A stretch of DNA of 64,000 nucleotides from Candidatus Stercoripulliclostridium sp. (GCA_045577735.1 JAZNIY010000004.1:40564-104563); one strand, 5' to 3'. Shown: positions 1-9,043, counted from the stretch's first letter. Numbers and translations are program-made. Notes: generated from the sequence alone by a model not told the origin.

Positions 1-1392
1 CAAAATGAACAAGACTCAAGATTCTATGCTAGAAGCGCACACGTTCCTATGCTTGAGCCTGCCGATAGCCAAGAAGCAAAAGATTTTGTTAAGCGTGCTT
101 ATGAAATATCTGAAGAATATGATACTCCCGTAATGTTACGTCTAACTACAAGAATTGCTCATAGTCAAAGTTTTGTTGAATTGAAGGATAGAGAAGAAGT
201 TGAAGATAAGCACTTTGAAAAGAACATTCAAAAATATGTTATGATGCCTCAATTCGCGAGAAAAAGACACGTTTTTGTTGAGGAGAGAGAAAATAGACTT
301 GCAAAGGATGCAAATTCTATAGATCTTAATAGGGTTGAAATGCGCTCCACAAAATTGGGTATCGTTTGCGCCGGTTCAGTTTATCAATACGTAAAAGAAG
401 CAACCGATGCTTCAATATTTAAATTAGGTTTAGTTTACCCCATTCCTTTGGATGCCATTAGAGATTTTGCAAATAAGGTTGATAAGTTGATGGTCGTTGA
501 AGAATTAGAACCTTTCTTTGAAAATCAACTTAAAGCTAATGGTATAGAATGTAGTGGTAAAGAATTGTTTGGTAAGCAAGGCGAATATTCAACTGCATAT
601 CTTCGCAATAAGCTTTATGGAGATGCTATTGTATCTTCTGAAGTAAGCGTCCCAATGCGTCCTCCAGTTATGTGTGCAGGATGTCCACATAGAGGTGTAT
701 TCTATATTTTGCACAAACTAGGTATTATCGTAAGTGGTGATATAGGCTGTTATACCCTTGGTGCACAAGCACCTTTATCAGCCGTTGATGCATGTGTTTG
801 CATGGGCGCAAGTATTGGTATGGCACATGGTTTTGACAAAGCAAAATCAATACATTCTCGCAAGCTTGTTGCAGTTATTGGCGATAGCACTTTTGTTCAT
901 AGTGGTATTACTAACGTTGTTAATGCGGTTTATAACCAAGGAACTTCTACAACCATAATACTTGATAACTCTATTACAGGTATGACGGGACATCAACAAA
1001 ACCCCGCTACTGGAAAAACGCTTAAGGGCGAGCCTACCAATAAGCTAGACTTAGAAGCATTACTCAAAGCAATAGGCGTAAATAACGTGGTCGTAGTAGA
1101 TGCATATGATCTTAAGGAAGTCGAAAGAGTAATTAAAGAAGAAACAGCAAGAGAAGAGGTGTCTGTTATTATTGCTAGACGTCCTTGCGTATTATTAACC
1201 AAAAAGTATCCTCCGGCATTCAATATCAACAGCAATTGTAAGAATTGTAAGGCCTGTTTGAAAATTGGTTGTCCTGCAATTGAAAATATCGGAGGAAAAA
1301 TTCGAATCAATAAAGAATTGTGCGTTGCTTGTGGCGTATGTAAACAATTATGTAAATTCTCGGCAATAGAGGAGGGTTCTAATAATGCTTAA
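1..1392 (+). CDS. iorA: Indolepyruvate:ferredoxin oxidoreductase alpha subunit (5' end outside window)
   Basis: The frame is open back to base 1 (QNEQDSRFYARSAHVP MLEP...), so the gene starts upstream. It has the CAGCPHRG motif, the TPP-binding GDSTFVHSG motif and C-terminal ferredoxin-type cysteine clusters (CKNCKAC..C, CVACGVC..C). It overlaps iorB by 8 nt. Confidence 0.9.
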   Translation, partial: QNEQDSRFYARSAHVPMLEPADSQEAKDFVKRAYEISEEYDTPVMLRLTTRIAHSQSFVELKDREEVEDKHFEKNIQKYVMMPQFARKRHVFVEERENRLAKDANSIDLNRVEMRSTKLGIVCAGSVYQYVKEATDASIFKLGLVYPIPLDAIRDFANKVDKLMVVEELEPFFENQLKANGIECSGKELFGKQGEYSTAYLRNKLYGDAIVSSEVSVPMRPPVMCAGCPHRGVFYILHKLGIIVSGDIGCYTLGAQAPLSAVDACVCMGASIGMAHGFDKAKSIHSRKLVAVIGDSTFVHSGITNVVNAVYNQGTSTTIILDNSITGMTGHQQNPATGKTLKGEPTNKLDLEALLKAIGVNNVVVVDAYDLKEVERVIKEETAREEVSVIIARRPCVLLTKKYPPAFNINSNCKNCKACLKIGCPAIENIGGKIRINKELCVACGVCKQLCKFSAIEEGSNNA

Positions 1393-1954
1393 TATTTTGA
1401 TAGTTGGCGTTGGTGGACAAGGTACTCTTTTAGCAAGCCGTGTTTTAGGGGCAATTGCGGACTTGAGCGAAAACGATTGTAAGTTGAGTGAAGTTCATGG
1501 CATGAGCCAACGTGGTGGTAGTGTTGTTACACACGTAAGAATAGGACAAGACATAGGAGCACCGTTGGTTACCGAAGGCGAAGTAGATTACATTCTTGCG
1601 TTTGAAAAACTAGAAGCATTACGTTGGGCATACTATCTTAAAAAGGATGGTACAATTCTTGTCAATAATCAAGAGATTATGCCTATGCCCGTTATTACTG
1701 GAATGGCTGAGTATCCTGATTCAATCTTTAGCAAGCTCGCTGAACTAGGCAAGAAGACCGTTGTTGTAGAAGGTCTTGATCTTGCTTGTGCAGCGGGCAA
1801 CTCAAAAGCAGTAAACGTTGTAATGATAGGTGCTTTATGTTCACTTATCGGCATAGAGTTTGACGTTGCGATTGAGGCAGTGCGTAGATGTGTACCTCAA
1901 AAATTACTAACCGTTAACGAAAAGGCTTTAGAATTAGGATATAATATAAAATAG
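1385..1954 (+). CDS. iorB: Indolepyruvate:ferredoxin oxidoreductase beta subunit
   Basis: The N-terminus ILIVGVGGQGTLLASRVLG is typical of the 2-oxoacid:ferredoxin oxidoreductase gamma/IorB family. It is translationally coupled to iorA. Confidence 0.88.
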   Translation: MLNILIVGVGGQGTLLASRVLGAIADLSENDCKLSEVHGMSQRGGSVVTHVRIGQDIGAPLVTEGEVDYILAFEKLEALRWAYYLKKDGTILVNNQEIMPMPVITGMAEYPDSIFSKLAELGKKTVVVEGLDLACAAGNSKAVNVVMIGALCSLIGIEFDVAIEAVRRCVPQKLLTVNEKALELGYNIK

Positions 1955-1964
1955 AGGAAAATTT

Positions 1965-3269
1965 ATGTCATACGTATTTAACAAAGAGATAGAATGTATG
2001 CCAATTGAAGAAAAGAAAATTCTTCAAGGTAAAAGATTGAGAGACGTTGTTGAAAGAGTTTACAACACTGTTGCTCCATATAGAGCAAAAATGGACGAGA
2101 TTGGTCTAAAACCAGAAGATATCAACTCCATAGATGATATAGTAAAATTACCTTTTACTACTAAGGTTGATTTACGTGCAAATTATCCTTTTGGTATGTT
2201 TTCGGCTCCCATGGATGATATCGTCAGAATACACGCATCTAGTGGCACAACGGGTAAACTTACTGTTGTTGGACTTACCCAAAGAGATTTGGATGACTGG
2301 TCGGAAGCTTGTGCTAGAGGCTTTGCTGCGTGTGGAGTTACAAAAAAGAGTATTATTCACATTGCCTATGGTTATGGGCTATTTACCGGTGGTCTAGGCG
2401 CTCACTATGGCGGTGAATATATGGGTGCTACCGTTGTTCCCGCATCATCTGGTAATACAAATAGACAAATAATGCTTATGAAAGATTTCAAAGCCGATAC
2501 CCTTTGTTGCACGCCTTCTTATGCAGTATATTTGGCTGATGAGCTACGTAAAATGGGGCTAACGCCAGATGATTTGAGTTTAAAGCAAGGTTTCTTTGGT
2601 GCTGAACCTTGGACTGAAGAAATGAGAAAAAAGATCGAGGAAGGCTTGGGATTGAAGGCTTATGACATTTATGGCTTGTCCGAAATTACCGGCCCCGGTG
2701 TAGCAACAGAATGCGAATATCAATGTGGTCCTCACGTTCAAGACGATTTGTTCTATCCTGAAATTATTGATCCCGTCACTTTGCAACCAGTTAAAGAGGG
2801 TGAAGAGGGCGAACTTGTATTTACAACACTAAACAAGCAAGGCATACCACTTATTCGTTATCGTACTCGCGACCTATGCTCTCTTATTTACGAGCCTTGT
2901 AAGTGTGGTAGAACCAGTGTTAGACTTGCACGTATTACCGGTAGATCCGATGATATGCTCATTATTCGCGGTGTTAACGTTTTCCCATCTCAAATTGAGT
3001 CTGTTCTTATTAAGGATAAGAGAATTAGTCCTTACTATCATATTACTATTGATAGAATTAACAATCTTGACATTATGCAAATCGACGTAGAGCTTGATAG
3101 AGGTGTTGCATTTGATGAAGTTCAAGAAATTGAAATGCTCAAGAAGAAGTTAACTGCAGATATTGCATCCGCAATAGGTGTTAGTGCAAAAGTAAATCTA
3201 GTTTCCGCCGGTACCATTAAGAGAAGTGAAGGTAAAGCGGTATACGTCACCGATAATAGAAAAATATAG
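1965..3269 (+). CDS. paaK: Phenylacetate-CoA ligase family (adenylate-forming)
   Basis: It has the SSGTTGKLTVV AMP-binding motif and YGLSE motif, is 434 aa long, and holds the canonical position after iorAB. An AGAGGA RBS lies upstream. Confidence 0.85.
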   Translation: MSYVFNKEIECMPIEEKKILQGKRLRDVVERVYNTVAPYRAKMDEIGLKPEDINSIDDIVKLPFTTKVDLRANYPFGMFSAPMDDIVRIHASSGTTGKLTVVGLTQRDLDDWSEACARGFAACGVTKKSIIHIAYGYGLFTGGLGAHYGGEYMGATVVPASSGNTNRQIMLMKDFKADTLCCTPSYAVYLADELRKMGLTPDDLSLKQGFFGAEPWTEEMRKKIEEGLGLKAYDIYGLSEITGPGVATECEYQCGPHVQDDLFYPEIIDPVTLQPVKEGEEGELVFTTLNKQGIPLIRYRTRDLCSLIYEPCKCGRTSVRLARITGRSDDMLIIRGVNVFPSQIESVLIKDKRISPYYHITIDRINNLDIMQIDVELDRGVAFDEVQEIEMLKKKLTADIASAIGVSAKVNLVSAGTIKRSEGKAVYVTDNRKI

Positions 3270-3281
3270 GAGGTAACCCTT

Positions 3282-3704
3282 ATGTTAGTGAACCAAATTG
3301 CAGTTTTTTTGGAAAATAGAAGTGGTAGAGTAGCAGAATTTTCCAGAGTTTTAAAAGATGCAAATATTAACATTCAAGTAATGTCTATTGCTGACACTAT
3401 GGAATATGGTATTTTGCGCGCCGTTACTAATGATAATAAAAAGGCTATCGAAGTTTTAAGAGCTAATGGTTTTAATACTGCGGCAACCGACTTGGTAGGA
3501 TTTAAAGTACAAGACACCCCCGGTGAAATGTGCAAGGTTCTTGAGGTGTTGGAAGCGCATAAGATTAACATTGCTTACCTATACTCATTTGCTAGAGCCG
3601 GAGAAGATTACGCTGTTATTCTTTTGAAAGTTGATGATAATCAAAACGCAATGAAAATACTTGCTGATAACGGCATAAATCTTATTGAAGATAATATTCT
3701 ATAA
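3282..3704 (+). CDS. Tandem ACT-domain amino-acid-binding protein
   Basis: The 140-aa product has two ACT-like repeats (IAVFLENRSGRVAEF..; FKVQDTPGEMCKVLEVL). This is the usual partner of iorAB-paaK clusters. It has a strong GGAGG RBS. Confidence 0.8.
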   Translation: MLVNQIAVFLENRSGRVAEFSRVLKDANINIQVMSIADTMEYGILRAVTNDNKKAIEVLRANGFNTAATDLVGFKVQDTPGEMCKVLEVLEAHKINIAYLYSFARAGEDYAVILLKVDDNQNAMKILADNGINLIEDNIL

Positions 3705-3766
3705 AAAGGTAGGCGAGTATAGGGTTATATCTGACAACTGATTTAGGAGTAATAGAAAAAAACCTA

Positions 3767-4747
3767 TTGAACGTTAGGAACAAGATAGGGGAAAGAGAAT
3801 TAACTCTTATGGTTAAAGCAAATGCTTACAATCATGGGTTGGCTGGTGTAATCGATATATCGAATACAATTGTAGATAGATATGGTGTTGCAACGCTTGA
3901 TGAGGCAATTAAGATACGCAAGTTAGGCGTTGCAAAGCCCATCACTCTTTTTTCATTTGAAAGCAAAGATATATTGGACGTAATTAAATATAATATTACG
4001 CCCGTTGTTTATAATGAACAAACCTTAAATGCTGTGTTGGATGAAAAATATCATGACTTTGATATTAAAATTGACACAGGCATGAATAGGTATGGCTATA
4101 AAAGTAAATCTGAAATAAGTTCCGTAATTCGATATTTGTCGAATATTAATTTTATTCCACGAGCAATACATTCTCATTTTTATTCAGTTGAAAGTATGCT
4201 TGAACAAATGAGAATGTTTGATAATATTGTGACGGATTATTTAAGTGTATTAAGTACTCCTAAAAAGATAGTTTCTGCTAGCTTAGGTATTAACAATGGC
4301 TTGTATCTGGACGGAGTAAGACTGGGATTAGGGGCTTATTTGAATGCATTAGAAGTAAGTTCTGACATCCTATCAATTAAGAATGTACACGCTTATGAAA
4401 AGGTAGGATATGACGGCTATTATGTGCCCACTAAAAACACTAAGATCGCTATAATTAGTGGTGGTTATTATGATGGTATTAGACGTTCTTATCGGGGCGC
4501 AAAAGTGTTTGTAAACGGCTATTATGCTACGATTGTCGGTAGGGTTTGTATGGATGTTACACTAGTAGACATTGGAGATATACAAGCTAAAATTGGCGAT
4601 AGGGCTGTAATTATAAATCCCCATACGTTGAATAGTTATATCGATAAAGACAATTCAAGCGAATACGAAGTAATTACGGCTATTAATGGACGAGGGAAAA
4701 GGATATACTTATACAATGGACAAAACTACAATAAGATCGTTGATTAA
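3767..4747 (+). CDS. alr: Alanine racemase (start codon uncertain, may lie upstream at about 3719-3731)
   Basis: It has the PLP-lysine motif VKANAYNHG, GGYYDGIRR and GRVCMDVTLVD. The track start is a TTG with no nearby SD. The in-frame upstream codons encode YLTTDLGVIEKNL, which resembles the conserved Alr N-terminal strand. Confidence 0.85.
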   Translation: MNVRNKIGERELTLMVKANAYNHGLAGVIDISNTIVDRYGVATLDEAIKIRKLGVAKPITLFSFESKDILDVIKYNITPVVYNEQTLNAVLDEKYHDFDIKIDTGMNRYGYKSKSEISSVIRYLSNINFIPRAIHSHFYSVESMLEQMRMFDNIVTDYLSVLSTPKKIVSASLGINNGLYLDGVRLGLGAYLNALEVSSDILSIKNVHAYEKVGYDGYYVPTKNTKIAIISGGYYDGIRRSYRGAKVFVNGYYATIVGRVCMDVTLVDIGDIQAKIGDRAVIINPHTLNSYIDKDNSSEYEVITAINGRGKRIYLYNGQNYNKIVD

Positions 4748-4760
4748 AAAGGTAACATAT

Positions 4761-5255
4761 ATGAACGAAAAAGTTTATATGAATTGCTCAAATGCAATTT
4801 TATATAACTTAATTGAAGTCCCAGAGTTTCAACATGCCCAAAAAGTCTTTATTTTTATTTCCAAATATCCCGAACCTTTTACTCGCGATATAATTGCCTT
4901 TTGCTTTATGGCAAAAAAAGAAGTATACGTGCCAATTATCAGAGATGGTGAAATGTATTTAACAAGATATAACCCGACGGACGAGTTGGAAGTAGCAAGC
5001 TTTGGAATAAAGGAGCCTGTTAATGCTACCCCAATAGACGTTTTACCGGACGTCGCAATCGTTCCAATGGTTGCATATGACGATAATAAAAACAGATTGG
5101 GGCATGGGAAAGGCTATTACGATAGATACTTGAAAGATAAAAATATTTGCAAAATAGGTATATGTTTTTCAAGATATGGTATACCAAATATAGAATGTGA
5201 TGCACACGACGTACCAATGGATATGATTATTACGGAGGAAGGTTATATACTATGA
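4761..5255 (+). CDS. 5-formyltetrahydrofolate cyclo-ligase
   Basis: The GIKEP...VPMVAYD..NRLGHGKGYYDRYL motifs are present. I chose the ATG at 4761, just after the alr stop, over the track start at 4686, which overlaps alr. Confidence 0.85.
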   Translation: MNEKVYMNCSNAILYNLIEVPEFQHAQKVFIFISKYPEPFTRDIIAFCFMAKKEVYVPIIRDGEMYLTRYNPTDELEVASFGIKEPVNATPIDVLPDVAIVPMVAYDDNKNRLGHGKGYYDRYLKDKNICKIGICFSRYGIPNIECDAHDVPMDMIITEEGYIL

Positions 5256-6256
5256 GAATTATAGCTGGCAAGTTTAAAGGACGTTCACTTATAACGATGA
5301 AGGACCAAAGTATTCGTCCAACTACGGATAGAGTTAAAGAGAGTATTTTTAATTTATTGCAAGGATATGTTGAAGATGCTAATGTTTTGGATTTGTTTGC
5401 TGGAAGTGGGGCTCTTGGAATAGAAGCAATATCAAGAGGTGCGCGTTCGGTTACGTTTGCAGATCGTTCAAATGATAGCATTGAAACCTTGAGTACCAAT
5501 CTAAAAAAAGTGTCTGGAAAAATTAACGTTATTCGAAAAGATTTTTTAAGCACTATTGATTACTTGTCCGCCAGAAAGGAAAAGTTTGATATCATCTTCT
5601 TAGATCCACCATATAAACAAGGTTTAGACAAGGTGGCAATAGACAAAATTGACGAATGTGGTATATTGGCGGAGGATGGCATAATTGTAGTAGAGCGTTC
5701 AAGAGAAGACGAGCCGATGAAACTTTCAAATGGATTTAGAGCTATGACGGTACGTGATTATGGCTCAGTAACTGTTATGATTGTTCAAAAGGCAACCGCA
5801 TGTGCTGTTACCGGAACGTTTGACCCATTTACTTTAGGACACAAGTATTTGGTTGAAAAGGCTCTGGAATCCTTTGACGAAGTACATGTCGTAATACTTG
5901 TTAATCCCGACAAGAGTACAGAAATGCCAGTCAATAAACGTTTGAAGCTCATTGAAACTTCTGTTAGAAGAATGGGAGGCGTTGTTAAAGTTGCATTTTA
6001 TGAAGGTTTAGCTATTGACTACTGCAAGGAAAATGATATAAAATATATCATAAGAGGAATTCGTAATGAGCAAGATTACGAGTATGAGAAAGAGATGGCC
6101 TCTTGGAATAAAAGTAATGGCGGAGTAGAAACCTTGTTGATTCCTGCAAAGGATGCAGAAATTAGTTCCACTATTGTTAGAGAAAGAATTAAAAGTGGTG
6201 ATGATATAAGTGGACTAGTTGATGCTGAAATCTTGCACGATTTGCGTTGGAGGTAA
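5252..6256 (+). CDS. coaD: Fusion protein: 16S rRNA (guanine966-N2)-methyltransferase RsmD domain plus phosphopantetheine adenylyltransferase CoaD domain
   Basis: Residues 1-180 carry IRPTTDRVKESIFN, LDLFAGSGALGIEA and DPPY (RsmD). Residues about 184-334 carry GTFDPFTLGH and ISSTIVRERI (CoaD). The reading frame is continuous across the junction near 5789-5800. Confidence 0.85.
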   Translation: MRIIAGKFKGRSLITMKDQSIRPTTDRVKESIFNLLQGYVEDANVLDLFAGSGALGIEAISRGARSVTFADRSNDSIETLSTNLKKVSGKINVIRKDFLSTIDYLSARKEKFDIIFLDPPYKQGLDKVAIDKIDECGILAEDGIIVVERSREDEPMKLSNGFRAMTVRDYGSVTVMIVQKATACAVTGTFDPFTLGHKYLVEKALESFDEVHVVILVNPDKSTEMPVNKRLKLIETSVRRMGGVVKVAFYEGLAIDYCKENDIKYIIRGIRNEQDYEYEKEMASWNKSNGGVETLLIPAKDAEISSTIVRERIKSGDDISGLVDAEILHDLRWR

Positions 6257-6258
6257 TT

Positions 6259-6705
6259 ATGTACGATATAGAAGATTTATTGTTTCAAATCGAAGAAGAA
6301 CTTAAGAATGGCAAGAAGTCACTTTTTGGTACTGGGGTTACAGTCGATTCTGACGTCATTTATGCAATAGTAGATAAAATTCGTTCTTCCCTCCCAGATG
6401 TGGTGAGAGAGGCAAAAGCTATTGTGCGCAATAGTGACAAAAGATATCAAGAAGAAACGTTGCGTGCACAAGGAATAATTAATAACGCTACGCAAAGAGC
6501 AAACGAAATGCTTGCAAATCATACCATTATTGAACAAGCTCAAAAAGAAGCGCTTGCGATACGCGCACAAGCACAAGACTATTCAGCTCGCTTGAGAGAA
6601 AACGTTAATGAAGATTTACAAGCATTACTTGGGGATGCAGAAGCTGCGTTATCTGAAAGCCTAAACATAATAAGCAAAGCAAAAGCATCGTTTAACAAAA
6701 AATAA
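6259..6705 (+). CDS. Conserved coiled-coil protein (ATP-synthase b / V-ATPase H-like helical protein), function unknown
   Basis: The 148-aa helical product is rich in charged residues and Ala/Gln. The ATG at 6259 lies 5 nt after a GGAGG. Its position between coaD and ylbJ resembles that seen in clostridial genomes, as far as I recall. Confidence 0.7.
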   Translation: MYDIEDLLFQIEEELKNGKKSLFGTGVTVDSDVIYAIVDKIRSSLPDVVREAKAIVRNSDKRYQEETLRAQGIINNATQRANEMLANHTIIEQAQKEALAIRAQAQDYSARLRENVNEDLQALLGDAEAALSESLNIISKAKASFNKK

Positions 6706-6748
6706 ACTTATAATAATATTATTAATAAACTTAAACATATAATCTACT

Positions 6749-7705
6749 GTGAGAAAAAGCAGTAGATTTTTTTATATACTAATTTTTGGTATTATGACGA
6801 TATTAGTTATCGTTAATCCTCAAAAATATATGGAAGCGACGATAGATGGCTTTATGCTGTTCGGCACAAAAGTTTTTCCCTCATTATTTCCTTTTTTTCT
6901 TTTAACAAAAATATTAACTGCTTTAGGAGTAGGAAGTTTGTGTTCAAAAATCTTTTCTAGACCAATAGAAAGGTTATATAAAACTTCGCCATTGAGTGGT
7001 TATATATTGTCAATAAGTATGATATCAGGGTATCCGGTTGGTGCAAGACTGGTTACCGATTATGCTAGTAATGGATATTTATCTAATGATGAGGTAAAGA
7101 CTATAATTTCGTTTACTTCAACTTCTGGTCCATTATTTATTTTGGGAACAGTCGGCGTAAAAATGCTTGGAAATTATAAGGCGGGAATGATAATCATGGC
7201 TAGTCATTTTATTGCAACAATCCTCAATGGATTATTGTATCGTGGAAAAAGTTCTAATAATTTATCAATTTTGCCTATAGAAGAAATGCCCGAAAGTGTC
7301 ATTAATGATGCTATTTATTCTACCATTACTTCAATGTTACAAGTTGGAGGAAGTATTATTTTTCTCAACCTTATAATCGTTGTATTGCAAGATTTAAAAG
7401 TGTTGCATTTTTTAAGTCATACTTTAAATTGGATTGGTATGGAGTCTATTGTTAGCGAAGGCATTAGTATAGGATTGGTAGAAATCACAAAGGGGGTATC
7501 AATTATATCTAAAGCAAAAGAAATAAAAGATATAATTGTGCCAATTGCTACAATTATATCTTTTGGTGGAGTGTCAGTTATGCTTCAATCGATGGTGTTC
7601 TTAAAGCAAGTAGGTATTTCAAGTCGATATTATCTAGTGACTAAAACTTCACAAGCCATTTTAACTTACTTCATTTCTAGTATTTTAGTGGCATTGTTAT
7701 ATTAG
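6749..7705 (+). CDS. ylbJ: YlbJ-like nucleoside-recognition (Gate) domain integral membrane protein
   Basis: The product is polytopic and hydrophobic (FPSLFPFFLLTKIL, ISGYPVGA). It shows synteny with B. subtilis ylbH-coaD-ylbJ. It has a GTG start and is shorter than B. subtilis YlbJ. Confidence 0.7.
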   Translation: MRKSSRFFYILIFGIMTILVIVNPQKYMEATIDGFMLFGTKVFPSLFPFFLLTKILTALGVGSLCSKIFSRPIERLYKTSPLSGYILSISMISGYPVGARLVTDYASNGYLSNDEVKTIISFTSTSGPLFILGTVGVKMLGNYKAGMIIMASHFIATILNGLLYRGKSSNNLSILPIEEMPESVINDAIYSTITSMLQVGGSIIFLNLIIVVLQDLKVLHFLSHTLNWIGMESIVSEGISIGLVEITKGVSIISKAKEIKDIIVPIATIISFGGVSVMLQSMVFLKQVGISSRYYLVTKTSQAILTYFISSILVALLY

Positions 7706-8890
7706 CAACATTTTTTTGTTATAAACGTTATTACGATTGATTATATCTAAAGTACCTTGTGCTGTGAAATCTAACTTTATCATATATCGTAAAGATTTAT
7801 CGACTTTATTTACATCGCTATATCTAGTAAGGACGTTTTTGCAACCAAGGCTTAGGGCGGATAGAATGTCTTTTCTTGTAGAGCGTAAAGCTAATATTTG
7901 AACGTATGGAGGACACTTTACACATTCCTCGTATTTTTCTTTAGTAATATCAAATAATGCATACAAACAAATACGCTTTAATCTTGCCATAGTATAAGCT
8001 TTGGTTTTGGCTGATTCTAACATTTCTTCTACGGTACTGGCATTTTGTGCAGCGATTTTAAGTCTATTATGTACACCACCAGTGACGTCATAATATTTTT
8101 CTAATTCATAACCAGAAATACTTTTTATTTTAAATAAAGTCATATCCCCTAGAGCATCGCGCTGAGGCTTAATAACAGAGAGCATGCCCATGACGCTTTC
8201 TGGCACGGCATTTGAAACGTTTACCATGTCTCCACGAGCGAACGCTTGTCTTACTGCGGAAGAAGAAGGAAGGGGGGATGAAATATCACTGGAATCAAAA
8301 TCTCCACCTTCACGCTTGATAGTATGAAGTTTAATATCTAATCCAGCTTTAATTATTGCAGTAGCGTAAGAAACGCCTAGAATATTGTTCGGGCTTTCAA
8401 GAATGGTTTCGATTCCTCTGCATTCTTCATGGCTGTCCACATAATCTTTTATGGCATTGGCGCGCGCTTTAGGAAATGCTACACCCATGTCAAGATGTTT
8501 TCTAATATAACGGCTTAATTCTTCTGGCTCGTCTACTAGCAAACGTGCTAGTTTCATAATTAAATTCGCATCACCACATTCACTACCAAAACTAATATAG
8601 TGTACGTCGGGGAATGCCGATATGGTTTTAATTGCTCCATAAGCAAAATTATCAGCTGGAGAAATGGCATAAATTGTTGGGAGTTCAACAACAATATCGG
8701 CTCCAGCGTATATAGCTTGTTCAGCGCGCATATATTTGTCCGCAATAGCCGCGTCACCTCGTTGAGTAAAGCTTCCACTCATAACGCATAATATGGTATC
8801 GGCGCCGGTTTCTTCTTTTGCTTTTTTAAGATGCATTGCGTGGCCGTTGGTTAATGGGTTATATTCACATATAATTGCGGTAATTTTCAT
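7697..8890 (-). CDS. tmcAL: tRNA(Met) cytidine acetate ligase (YlbM/UPF0348 nucleotidyltransferase)
   Basis: The N-terminus is MKITAIICEYNPLTNGHAMHLKKAKE, followed by VMSGSFTQRGD. Synteny with the ylb cluster supports the call. Its stop overlaps the ylbJ stop region convergently. Confidence 0.88.
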   Translation of the reverse strand: MKITAIICEYNPLTNGHAMHLKKAKEETGADTILCVMSGSFTQRGDAAIADKYMRAEQAIYAGADIVVELPTIYAISPADNFAYGAIKTISAFPDVHYISFGSECGDANLIMKLARLLVDEPEELSRYIRKHLDMGVAFPKARANAIKDYVDSHEECRGIETILESPNNILGVSYATAIIKAGLDIKLHTIKREGGDFDSSDISSPLPSSSAVRQAFARGDMVNVSNAVPESVMGMLSVIKPQRDALGDMTLFKIKSISGYELEKYYDVTGGVHNRLKIAAQNASTVEEMLESAKTKAYTMARLKRICLYALFDITKEKYEECVKCPPYVQILALRSTRKDILSALSLGCKNVLTRYSDVNKVDKSLRYMIKLDFTAQGTLDIINRNNVYNKKMLLI

Positions 8891-8939
8891 TAAAGCTATT
8901 TCTCCAATTTAAGTCGAATTAGGTTTTTTTCAAAACTGC

Positions 8940-8968
8940 TTGATTTTAACCTCATTTCGTAGTAATAT
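8940..8968 (+). promoter_or_regulatory. Putative sigma-A promoter for pta-ackA
   Basis: TTGATT (8940-8945), a 17-nt spacer, then TAATAT (8963-8968), about 75 nt upstream of the pta ATG. Confidence 0.5.
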
Positions 8969-9043
8969 ACTATAGGACTATATATATTATATTACTTTAT
9001 ATAGCATTCCGTCAAATAAACAAAACTTTTTTTGGAGGCAATT

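Noticed and set aside
6706-6748. AT-rich palindromes such as ATAATATTAT in the spacer before ylbJ, and similar ones in the pta leader (8969-9030).
   Set aside because: Short A/T-only palindromes are expected at high frequency in AT-rich intergenic DNA. They show no flanking conservation or positional logic.
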